DNA of 64,000 bases, from the NCBI GenBank assembly GCA_000934665.2, contig KZ537965.1, forward strand, positions 186,001-250,000, written 5' to 3'. Source of the stretch: Catajapyx aquilonaris. Taxonomy: Eukaryota. Each line of letters opens with the position of its first letter. Position 1 is the first letter of the stretch. The position numbers were made by a program, and so were the translations under genes. Shown piece after piece: positions 48,901 to 61,200 of the stretch. The notes under the pieces are model-generated. The model saw nothing but the letters and a program-made list of their open reading frames with translations, had not been told where the DNA came from and ran no database searches.

Positions 48901-51900
48901 CCAGGATATTGACTTTCACAAGCCGGAAAACCACATCGTTTCAATGACGCCGCAGTATTTATTGCGAAACATCGTACAAATATATCTGAATGGGAAAGGG
49001 GGAAAAAAACAACACTGCGCATTTAAAAAACTACATTTCTGTGAATAATTATTACAAAGGACGTCTTTTCCCTCGGCAAGGCCATTCGTTATTATTTCCC
49101 ACTGTTTATTTCCATTGCAACCGTAGCAGAACGCACGTCATTTGATCACTTCTGCATACGTAAGGAAACCTGTAGTGTGTACGTCTATTTATACGAAACA
49201 CTCGTCGCGAACAAGGACGCAACATTGTGAAAGTCAGGGCCCAACAGCATTGATCGCCATGAATATATGATATAGACACACAAAAAAAAAAAAAATACAC
49301 GGTGTGCTGGAGCGTAGATGCCCCGAGGGAACTAGGAGCGGGGGAAATCCTTTTTAAAGCACGCTGTGTCATCATCACGTCACGAGTGACGCTACAAGTT
49401 TGGGGGGGTTATGACGCGAACTGCGTAGGACTAGATGCGCGATGGTAAACCCTCGTGATGATGAGAAGCGTGGGTCGGGATGTTGACGCCCCGACCTTCC
49501 GGCTCTCTTCTCCGTAACTGGCCTTTTCCTCACTGACTAATGCCTTCCTAGTCATCATCATTGGGCCTTTTGCTGCACATCCTCTTCCACTGCTTCCAAG
49601 GACCCGCCGTTGCATTGTTTCCTTTCGACACGACGACGACATTCTAATCCTCCCAGAGGATCACGAGGATTTTATGCAACCGACTGACGACTCATCGGGG
49701 GTATATTTCTAGTTGGGTGTGATGAACCCCGAGTCATGTGCCGAGGCGCCCCGAATATGCGTTGCTGTACGATTATTAGGTTCATATGTGAAGTTGTAAT
49801 GTCTCAGCGGGTGAATGGTACCGCATGTCAGAGGAATTTGATAAGTTGTATCTGTCACATGATGGCCGGGAGGAATGAGAGTTGGGATGTAGATAGAGGC
49901 GCCGACCTTCCTATTGCTGCTATTCTGATCTTGTGGAGCAAGAAATGGAATGTGATATACGCAGCATGTAATAAACTTGAACCTGTTACTGATAGCATAA
50001 ATATTCTGGAGCACGCGCGAGTGGGGAAATAACCTTCAGTTTATACGCAAATGCGGAAAATTTGAAATTAAATTAAATCAGAAATTAAATTTTTCACAAT
50101 AATAATCACGACTTAATATAACTTTTAAGAAACGTTTATAGAAGTTATACTAACTGTAAGAGCCATGTCCGATTATCATCATGGGTGACTTCACAATGTC
50201 CTTTTTGCAGTATAAACTGATTAAATGCTGAGTTACGTGTTGAACTCAGCTAATATGTAATCAAATCGACAGTGAAATGTTTTTCTTGTGTTTCATCAGA
50301 ATATTTGAGTGGTTTATAAACTTTTTGTACTCAGGGTTCACTTCTAATGATGGCGCAATCGCACGGTTCATGGTATGAAATAACTATAGGGGCATATACT
50401 ACGTGGCAGTTTGAAGCAATTATTCGTTCCTATAATGACACGTAGTGCGACTTACGCAGCACGTTCCTGACATATCATTCGTCATAAATATTCATCATTA
50501 CCGTAGAAATCAGCAGGTCAACGCACCGGGGATTGTGATACATTGAATGATGAAAGTGGGTAGGGGGGGCATGTGACCTGCCTTCGAGGGAAACAGTAAA
50601 TATTTTGTTTCTTCATTACGATTGCAAATATGGTCCGCGCTGCGCAGATAACGAGCATAATCAAAACATGCTGACGACAACAAGAACTTGAAAAAAAAAA
50701 TCCCCCCTCCCCCCCTACTCCAATGGCACGGAAGCACATGTGACTCCCCAACTTGGCACCTACTTGAGGGTCACGCGTGTGTGTGTTTATATAGTCTGGG
50801 ATGGCTCGCGTGCATATGTGTATACACAGCATGTGATATCTGTGTGTTTACAGAATCTGGCTTTAATAATCCAAATTGATATTTCCGGATTGTTATCCAC
50901 ATAAAATCGACCTTATATGAATTATTTCCAGTATGTGTTTCGAATGAAACTATTTATTTATTTATTCCTCCCACTATATAATACGTCGTGGGTTTAAGTT
51001 AAAAGTGAAATTTTCTTGGGGCCCCAAGTCAATAGCGTGTCCTGAAGACCAAGAATGAGTATCTGAGTGGGAGGAGCTATTCCACGAAAGTCATTCGGTT
51101 TTTGAAGAGAGCCAAGGACTATTCTTGCATCGGAAACCCACCCCCGTTTTCTGCGTACTACCAGAGCACGGAATAGCCGAGGGTTTCGACGGAATTTCTC
51201 CTTTATACCCGAGCCCCTTAGCAACAGCATCGGGAACCCTTTATTGATGCATTATTAATTGCCACATTCGCGAGAAATCCAGCTCACGTTAGCAAACGGA
51301 GGTAATGTTCGCCTCTAAGCTTTTGGAATCGACTTTGTGTGCGTTTCTCTCGTGGGAAAAGGTTTTCACTATATTCCGTTTTACATGTACAATTTGCACG
51401 TATACGTTATATATGTATACGGAAGGAGTCGTTTTCTTGGCCGCTAATTATACAACTACCGATCAATTAGCTATTTCGAGTAGGGGAGATTTGCGTTTGG
51501 TGTGTTTATCCAAACTGAGAGGGCACGTGCTGCACTTGGCTAATTTTACACCAGTACGTAATTGGATAATCTGATACCAGGGGGGGCGAATCAGTGCTAG
51601 AAAAGCCTATATCCAAATGCTAAAGTCTAAAGTGCGTTAGTTTCATTAGACGCACAATTTATCGCGTCAGCACGTCACGAGTTCGTTGATAAACCCAAAT
51701 TGACTATGGAATGCGACAAATAATCGGTTATTCACTCATTGAAGAGCATTAAAAAGGCGCGCGTAATTTTGATTACAGTTCAGAGTTGGTATGTTAATAA
51801 CACACACAGAGAGCGGAGATTAAAAAAATCCGGATAGTTCAAGTACCCTTTTTGATATACGTTGGCCTTGCAGGGCATGCACCCCGCAGAACACGAGGGG

Positions 51901-54900
51901 CGCACGGGGTTTCATATTTGGGCAGGATAGAGACCGAGCTCAAGGTCATTCGCTCCTATCGATTTTGGTCTCTCTAGGAAGCTCACCTTATGCTCTATTG
52001 GGAACTATGGGGCTCTATTATAGTGTATGTTTGGTATGGATTTTTCGGTGCGTAGTCCACGCTGTTGTCACGTGCTGATGTGCTACGTATGAACGGACCT
52101 TTCCTTTTTTTTGTAGGATTATACAATGGACATGAGGGGTAATTCATTGACTCTCTGCACGATGGAGGTTTAAGAATAGTACTGCATTTAAACAATGTTT
52201 TGTAATACTTATACAGAAATAGAGAAGGGCGAGGAAGAGGTGACTGACCATTGCTCTTCACATTACATCTAACAAATAGGGGGAAAAACATGCCATAATT
52301 AAAACAACAACAAGTATGCAGCCGTCATAAATGGGAATATAATGAGCGTACTGTTTGCAAGTACTTTATGAGGTACAATTTTGTCCGTTTCCTCGAATCA
52401 TCTTTTGGAAAATGCATGCACGTTTTGTCATCACTTTTGCAGTATCAACTCATCTCTTTCTAGCTGCACTTCAGCTCGGAATAAAAGTGCGGATCGTAAG
52501 TAAGAATTAAATATTTTATTAGCACTTTTGTTGAAGTGTAGTCATGCACGTGGCGCAATTCCGCGTGCAGATAACCACTCTGAAGAAGAAGAAAAAAAGA
52601 AGGCATTTTGCATATGATATGCCTAGTGCACATATCGCGCGTCGAATGATGAAATTATTCAAGCAAAAGGATCGGTTTTTGCTTTTAAAAAAATCTAAGC
52701 TGATTTACAACCCAACCTAGACGTTTCCTCGCTCGAAAAAACATCCAGCGAGAGAAATTCAGAGCTTTTCTTTTCCGCTAGTCCATCAGTTCCGATGGCG
52801 TTGAACTGAGAGTAGGGAAGGCTGATAATTTATTTTTGGGGGAGTCCTCTCTTCCGGCTCTTTGCATGTTTTTCCCCCCCCNCCCCCTTCTTTTTACCCC
52901 CCCACCCTGTCTTCCTTGTCCGTTGTCGTGCCGGATTCCAGCGGAAATTCCCCTTGGGCTGCCTACCAGAAATTTGTGCCTACATCGCAGAAAATCAGGC
53001 TGGGAATGTTTGGAGCTGTGGCAACAACAAAACCGAATCCTCAACCAAGTTTTGTCCAGAGAAGGAAAGAGAGAGAAAAAACAGTTCTCAACTCAGGCAT
53101 GCATCCGATTAGTTTTATCCCGTGCAAGGAACCGGTTTCTTCAGATTTTTCAGAGCAAAACCTGATCAGATTTTTCTGAGAGGCGGTGTGTTTCTTCTTA
53201 CAGTGCAATTATTTGTAGAAGGTAATTCTTCGGCGTGGGTTTCTTTTTTATCTGTGGTAGGGAAAGGCGGCGAAACAATTTGCCCTTTATGGAAGTGCGG
53301 GGGACTGGAGGCAGTAGGCGGGCTAATCCGGTGCTGGACGTTATTTCTTCCTCAGGCACTTAATTTTGGAGGGGGTCTTCACTGCCATCTTTCCTCCCGG
53401 ACACCCTTCAAGGGAAGGGCTCTTTCCGTTTATTGCCAGGGGGTAGCCTACCGTGAATGCATTTTGTGCTGGATGACCTAGGGAAAAAAAAGGAAAGAAC
53501 CGCAAAAGCTTTGAGGACATCCAGGAGTGTCCATTTAAACACTTGCAACATCAATTAGTGCACACTTTTTTAAATCAGTCGTACAAAGTGCAACGGATAA
53601 TTTTTTGGCAGTGTAAACAGGTCTGAAACGAAACGAGCAGACTATAGAGAGAGTGAAAGAATAATAGTGAAAAAAATATGGTGCGAAACATTTTTCAAGA
53701 CTTGATTTGGTTACGGGCTCGACTGAGTGGGAAGCCCCATACTTGCCATGGGGGGGAAAAAAAGCTGTATATAAACGTGTGGGATGTAAGGGGACGCCTC
53801 TCATTCCCAGAACAAAATATTTTTCAGCGTAGGAGGTTTTATAGTCGCTGGGAAAAATAGGACTACAGGAAAAAAAGCCTATGAAGCATAGCTATTTTCT
53901 GTCCTGTAGTTTTGACGACGCCACGCGTTGCAGTTAAGCCACTTTACGGCCTCTTGGGAGTGGGAAGGGTAAGGTCCTATTGCAACAGGCTATGAAAGGT
54001 AGCTCGTGGGGGGGCCTATAACCCTATAGCCACATAATCCGAGCCGACTAATAAGGCGTAGTGTCGGATCCGGCCGGCCTTCGAGTCACCCACCTTCAGT
54101 CTGACCATAAAACGAACTGGTCTGGAAGAAGTGCTGACCAGCCTTTCGCCCAGATGCAGCCTAAAGTGGTGACACATGGTCATGCTTCGAGATAGAACAA
54201 CTGTTACGTGTAAATCTAACGTAACATTTATTCCCCCAGCTTGTACCAGAAGAATATGTTGACTTTAATCAGTGTTTCGTCTTGAAAGCAATCAAGTCTT
54301 GAAATCAAACAGTACGCACCGCCTATCTTATTCGGTCCAAATTTGTGTGCGAATAAAATGTGAAAAATGTTTGCAGAGGATGATGAAAAAGAGATGATTC
54401 ACTCCTGCTGGACATATAGGTAATACACACACAAAAGGATGCTGGGAATAAGGCGCAGTCGCGGGTATGAATCAGCGCAGGCTGCTCGAGTCGGTGACCT
54501 AAGCCCGAGTTCACCTACCCGGCGGGGTCACACGCCGTTGGCCTGGACTCGTCCGACCTTGAACCCGTCTCTTCACACCGTCGCCAAATGCGACGCTTTC
54601 CGGAGAAAACCGATGCTACCAACAATCAAGGGAACACACAAAACGAAGTCACTTACTGCGGAATTGATTGCGAAATTCTACTTTACAGAGAGGGTAATGA
54701 GATTTGCGATATTTTTTTGTTGCGGAGACTCTCGGTGCGAAATTTCAAGGTCACGGCTGGTTGCCAAGGGGAGAGGTGCAGAGTCAGTTTCTGCGAAAGA
54801 GACCTTTTTCAACCATGGCTTGGTGGTCGCGGAAAGTAATTAATCGCGTAGGGCTTTGGGCTTTGATCAACAGTCAAGGACATGTGGGATTAGGGATTGT

Positions 54901-54948
54901 TACGTAACCCTATTCGGAATCCTATACCGGTTATACAGTTTTTTTGCG

Positions 54949-55287
54949 CAGTTGGGAATCTGGAATATCGGAAATTCTTGAGGGTAACAGACTAACAGTA
55001 CTTCGCAGAAGGATCTGGGCAGCTGCGTCTTTCATTCTTAAATTTCGGGGAAGCTCTCCAATAATTCGACACACCCTGCGCAGCATTGCCATAGGACATA
55101 GGTTCAACGTGAGATCAGGCTGTAATGTCACGACAGGTCATTTTTAAACCTAAACGTGCACGTGTATTTTTAATAATTACACGGATTTGACGGAATTGCA
55201 AGAAAATTAGTATAATGAGAATCCTTTATCCGAAATGGTTTTCGGAATTCGGATTTTGGAGGATTTCGGATAAATTATTCCCAACTG
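54949..55287. mobile_element. Possible pogo/Tc1-like MITE remnant
   Basis: CAGTTGGGAAT ... ATTCCCAACTG|TA (11-bp TIR), with repeated ATCCGAA/TTCGGA motifs at 55228-55271. The left TA is absent. Confidence 0.45.
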
Positions 55288-58200
55288 TAATGAGAATTTG
55301 GGATACGTCGCATAAGGTTGTACTACCTATAGTGATAAGTATACAAGCTGTTTGTAAATAATTAGAGCTATTATAAGCAAGCCGTTTTGCAGGTTAATAC
55401 TCATCACTCATAATTACAGTCGTTAAAATGTTTACGCCGTTCCACAAATTTTTTGAATCGCAATTTCCCACAGTGGAAATACCCTACAAACTACGCCTTA
55501 CCACGAATGGTCCGTACATACCGGTACGTCCAGTTACCTCGAAAACCCGCTCTAGGCCTAATTTTCCAAGAATGGTCCCAGAATAAAACCCGGGCTGACT
55601 AATCGCATCATTCTCTGAACGGCGTGGGTTGTAATACATATTTTTTCGTTCATCATCTCCGTTAAATGAAGCCTCCGGGGGGGCCAGTGGGACGTACCAA
55701 GTTCCCCAGCACCCAGAAGGTGTAGACTTGTAGTTGCCGGGCAGTGACCCGTCCGAGTTGATCGGCCATTTACTGACCAGCCTCCCCTCCTCCTCCTCCT
55801 CTTGATTCTGCATTCCAAGGGAGGCCACACTGCAGGGTGGCCGTGACCCATGCAATGTGGGGGTCCAAATGGAGGGGGGGGGGGATAGTAAAGATGGACA
55901 AAGGAGCGCCAGGAAATGGCGGGAATTCCAACTGTCAACAGGAGTCAATGGAATTCACTGGATAATAATAAATATCGATATGTATAAATCAAATAAGTTT
56001 GTTGGGATGTATGTCACGGGCTACCTAACCCACTTTCAGACTACGGAGGGCTGAAACTTGGCACACCGATGGCTTACGTACCGCTGATTCAGATAAAAGT
56101 ATGAAAAGTAAACTTTTTGAGTCGATTTTTTTTGATGGGGTTTCTCCTCTGCAGTAATTGTGGCTCTGTCAGACATGCTTTTCGCTATAGTAATAAATAA
56201 TAAAATGGTAAGGTGTTTACGCATTGTGAGCTGTAAACATGCATTATTTTTTTTGTCAGCTTCCAATGACGTATTTTTTTGCACATTCCACATGCCTTGC
56301 CACGTGAATATCACGCAGATTCAGCGCACGTCATCCACAACAACAACAACGTCGCATATTTTTTAAAAAAATAGTATGCATCATACTACACTGCGCGTGC
56401 ACCATCTTTCCGGCACAGTGACACCGAGTAGAGGGGGGGTGTTATGAAATTAGTGTTGCATATTTTGTAATTTTTTTTTGTTTGAAAAGTTAATAATGTG
56501 TCCACGGAGCTGTCCTTCCCATGATTTGTCACGTGTCAAGCGAGCAATACAGGTTGACATAACAAATCTAGTGTATCATTTTATTTTCCACAACATCGCC
56601 CCTTTGTGAGGGCGTCTCGTATACACCGCTCGTGAGTGACGCCTTGTCACTCCCCCCCAAAATTGTACAATTTTGCGCTCCATCCACACTTCAAATGAAC
56701 CCAACACAATTTTAATTTTTTTTAAAGCACAAAATATGCATTTTTTTTTGAGGTACTATAGCGAAGAGTGTTTATAGGACATTTCTGGATGGTGCGGTGC
56801 CTAAAATATGATTTGCAGGGTAGCTATGGCGACGGGTTGATCCAGGTCGGGTCAGAAAGTCCTGATCTTTGCTAATGACATTTGCATATTATCTTGTTCG
56901 AAGCTCGGTAGACAGCTGGGCGTGTTTGGGTTGGAGGTGAAGTGAGTATGTACTGTAGGGCAACTATAGGCATTTTTTCCCTGTCTATTTAGCGTGCACA
57001 TAACCGTATATGAAGCACAAACCCGATTAAATTGGTGCAACACACACACATGAAGGGAGGTGAAAAAAAAATCCTGTCTTTTTCTGTACCGAGTCAACCT
57101 GTGATATTTTGCGCATGTCGTAATGGGATTATTACGCTGCTGATTCTTGTGTCGCGTTACTCCCAGGGATTTCTATAGATTGGCTCACACTTGTGCTGAA
57201 GTAAAGCCCTGAGCTTTTTAGAGAGCCGCCATTTTCAATTCGGTGGAGAAAAGGGAGCTCAGGTTGATAGCACATTGCGCCTTTAATTACGAGTCACATA
57301 CTTTCTATGTGTATGTATATTTGGCGCTAATTTGTTGTCTTGGAAATGGGGAATAATGGGTTTCGATTGGGGGGACAGAATATTTGTGTGTGCCACTGTA
57401 CGTTGGAAGTCAGAGTTATTGCTCCACGCTTGTTTGTCTGTGCGGTTGCTGTCTCTTTGTGCAGACTGCAGCAATTTTGCATTGTGCAGAGAGGCCTGGT
57501 TGGTTGGGGGGTGGATGGGGGACACGAGTGACACTCTGGTGGGTGGGTTGGGGTGGTGGAATAGCGATGCAATCCCTAATGGAATTGGTGCCAGGGTGGC
57601 GAGGAAGTTAGCTCTTTTCCCATCCTCGTGTTGCAGCGCCGGACAGTGTCAAAATCGGCTAGTCCATTCCGCACCCTTTGATTCAGTTTGGGGAGGCACC
57701 CTGTCCTGGATAGAGCGAGAGGGAGAGAGAGAGAGAGAGAAAAAAAAGGTTCCAAAATAGCTCGGGACAGGCCCACCCAAGGCTTGGACCGTGGCAATGA
57801 TCCGGATTGGGAACATGGTGCGGACCACTAACTTTTTTCGGGGAGGGTAGAACCTACGGGCCTTTTAGGGTGTAAAATATCGCTCCGACGAGCTTGTTAC
57901 TGCCGTGTTTGGGTCCAAAACCCCGCCCATAAATACGGGCAAACTGTTGTGACTTCATTTGCAACAATCACTGGTTGGGGGGTGGGGCTCGGGTCTGAAT
58001 TTAGTGGTTTGGCTGAGCTTTTTTGACCACCTAAGATATCCTCAGGCCAATGTGTGTTGTGCTCATGTGAGTTAGTAGCTTTGTAGCGAACTGCTGTACA
58101 TCCACTTTAAAGCTTGTAAACTGCGGAGGGACAAACAAGGTAGTAACTCACTGTGCCAGTACAGAGTAACGTCACTTGGACCCTGCAAGATATATGCAGC

Positions 58201-61200
58201 GTAGTTGTAATTGGCAATGCATAGGAGATGCAGGCTCTGATGCAAACATGCCCAAAGGCCAAATGACCCTTTCCCCAATTAAGTTACTCGTATGAATTAA
58301 GTATGTTGCTTCATCAGGATAGACACATTTAAAAAATAATAATGCGCATTATTTTGAGGCCATTGTATCTAATGTGCCTTAGATGACCCAGAGGATGACC
58401 ATACCTGGGACGAGAAGGACACGGATATACAGGGTGTTCCAACCAATTTACGTACGTATATTGCGAGCGGAACAAAAATGTGCGACTTTTAATACGTATG
58501 AAAACATCTTTGAGGCCCTGACCTAAAATAAATTGATCTTAGACCCACTTGGAACCTATGGCATCCGAGGTCAAGGGTTGAACCGCATTGTTTTCCAGGC
58601 CAGGCGCATATGTATAGTAGTGAATTGGATGCCTTCCATTGCCAGTTAACATTTTTTTGCTCGCCTTGTAGGCCTACTATTGTTGAAGTTACAATATTAT
58701 TCTAGATTGATCTTGTACTAATTTAGTTCGATTTAGCTCGATCGTCCTTCCGAATGACGCATATTTCCTGCTCCAGAAATTGGGTTGATGGCGACGCTGG
58801 AAATAAGATCTATTTGATTTCCTATCGTATAGTATAGATATAGTGCGCCGTTTGGGAAAAGAGAGAAGCTGGACCGTCCGCACGGGACCGTCCATGTGGA
58901 AACGCAGCTCGTGACGCCAAGGCAGCCAATTACTTTGATAGATACCAATACTTCCATTAAACGACTTATTGGATGCAATATAGCCCGTGGGGGGTAGCGA
59001 CTATAAAACCTACGACGAAGGCCAGCTATAGCAAAAATAATATCTTCTTCTGGTTTCACACAAACGTCACCAGTGTCTGTCCTCATCCGGCTTTCGACAC
59101 ATTGACGTCACAACTTCAAATCCAATTAAGCCAATTCCGTGTGATTGTTTGCCTCCGTGTTGTAATTTGAACATGTGTGCCCCTTACACTTTTTTTTATA
59201 GCCACGCAATTGCGTGATGACCTGCTCTTTTTTTATTAAAAAAATGGTGAGAATGCGAGGTCACATATTTTTGGGAGTGATTGCGGAGGAACTTGCAACA
59301 GGCTGGAGGGCAGTAGTCGCCAGGACTGGAGGGCAAGTTGTAGGCACTGCATTCCTTGAGATATAAGGAGGAGGTGGGGTTGGCTGGATTCCGGGGGCTC
59401 CTCTTCTTTTTCTCCGCAAATCACTACGGCCGCAAATCCACCCCCCCCCCCCCCTTCCCCTCCATCCAAGCTTCGCCCAGAGAACAATGAGGAAGGATGG
59501 CCATCTTTTCCAAGAAGTTCAATTCCATGTTCTAGCTCAAGGCAGCTTGAGAAAGTTTCAGATTGGGTAGTCCGGGCAGAATGGCTTGGGTGGTTGGGGA
59601 GGAAAAGGAGGCGTCCTCAAGAAGTAAAGCGGGATACTGTTGTACACAATGCGGGATGAATTTCAAGCTGGAAAAATGTGGTCAAATCCGGGTGCATAGT
59701 TGTGGCTTGCCAAACTTTTTTTTTTGCGGGTGTGACAAGCAGACTAACAAGAATTTTTTTATTTTACAGTATATCACATGATGGACGCATTTTTTTCTCT
59801 CTTCAAAATGGTGTGTTGGGTGTTCACACACCAAATAATGAGTGATGATTCTTACGACGTGAAGTGTATGTGTAAGTTGAGCCCTACCTCTCTGCTGCAT
59901 TCCCTTAGCCCCTTCTCTTTCCAACAAACGTGGTCGTGCATACCACAACCGGATCCTGTTGGATATTCCTGCTCACTTCACATAACGGGAAATTCGCAAG
60001 GTGGAAAAGAGAAGCTGCGAAAAAAATACCAAACAACTTAAAACCACGGAAAAATGGTTTGGAGCTGCGGATAAAAAAAGGGTGTTAATAGAATAACATG
60101 CCACTTTCAAAGCATTACTGAGAAATTTGGTTATCTCGATTAAATTAATCCGCACAAAAGTTTGCGGCTGGATCAGCTGACAGGAAATGTGCATTCATTG
60201 GTCAGCTGTATGGGAAAAAATGGTAATAGAAGTGGGGATATCCAACATGTCCATAACTCATTGATTTCCATCGTTAACTATGACGGCAGCGGGGTTGTAT
60301 CAAGTTTCCACATTTTGTGTTGTACGAGTGTTAAAATCCCCTCACGACATGAATCACGCAGAGTTGTGATGGAAATCAGATTTTCCCGTTGAGCACACAA
60401 ACTGAATCGAAAACCAGGCATGAGCTTCGTGGGGGATGGCGTTGGAGTCAGGTGGGGGTGTGTGTGGGAGAGAGAGAGATGCCCCGCGAGAAAATTGGAT
60501 CTACGGAAAATGCCAAATTGCTCCTTTTCTAAACTGACGTGTATACCTGCTGTTGGGGGGTGACTGCGGTGGAGGTGTGAGGTTTTTTGGAGAAAAAAAT
60601 ACCCAAATTTTGTGCCTGGTTGATGGGCCAGGAATATTCACTGGAGGGTAATTTCATCACGGATCACCCCAAAGGTGTGTGCACACCACACCTGTTTTTT
60701 TTTCCACATATTCTGCAGCAGCTATCATGTTGAGTTGCTACACATACTGTACTTCGGCCTAAGGCTAGAAACGGATATGTTAAAAATATATGAAATGTAC
60801 TGTACGTCAAAAAATAGGACAACCAAGTGTTCAAAATTTGATTATATAAAACCTGCTGAGACAAATAATTTATTTTTTAAATGCCAGTTTACTGTGAAAT
60901 AAAATACATTCGTACGTCATCAACACACGTATGATTTTAAACCCATATTTACTACATTTCACTAGTTTACGTCGGTACCACTCCCACATGTAACATTTGG
61001 ACCATGAAAAATTCAGTTATATTTGGAGAGCATGTAGCTTTTCATATACTGTTATGACAAACTTTACATGTGAGGTTTTGAGGTCTGTTTGTTCGTGTAT
61101 TTGCACTGAATATTTGATGCAGAGATGATCGAGGACGCACCCAAAATCATATGGCGAGGTGCACTCCATAAAAAAGTTTTTTTTGGTGGGAGTGGCCTGG

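Noticed and set aside
55965..56150. Possible Helitron-like 5' fragment (GAAACTTGGCACAC motif)
   Set aside because: No identifiable TC start or 3' hairpin-CTRR end; cannot be supported without a repeat library.
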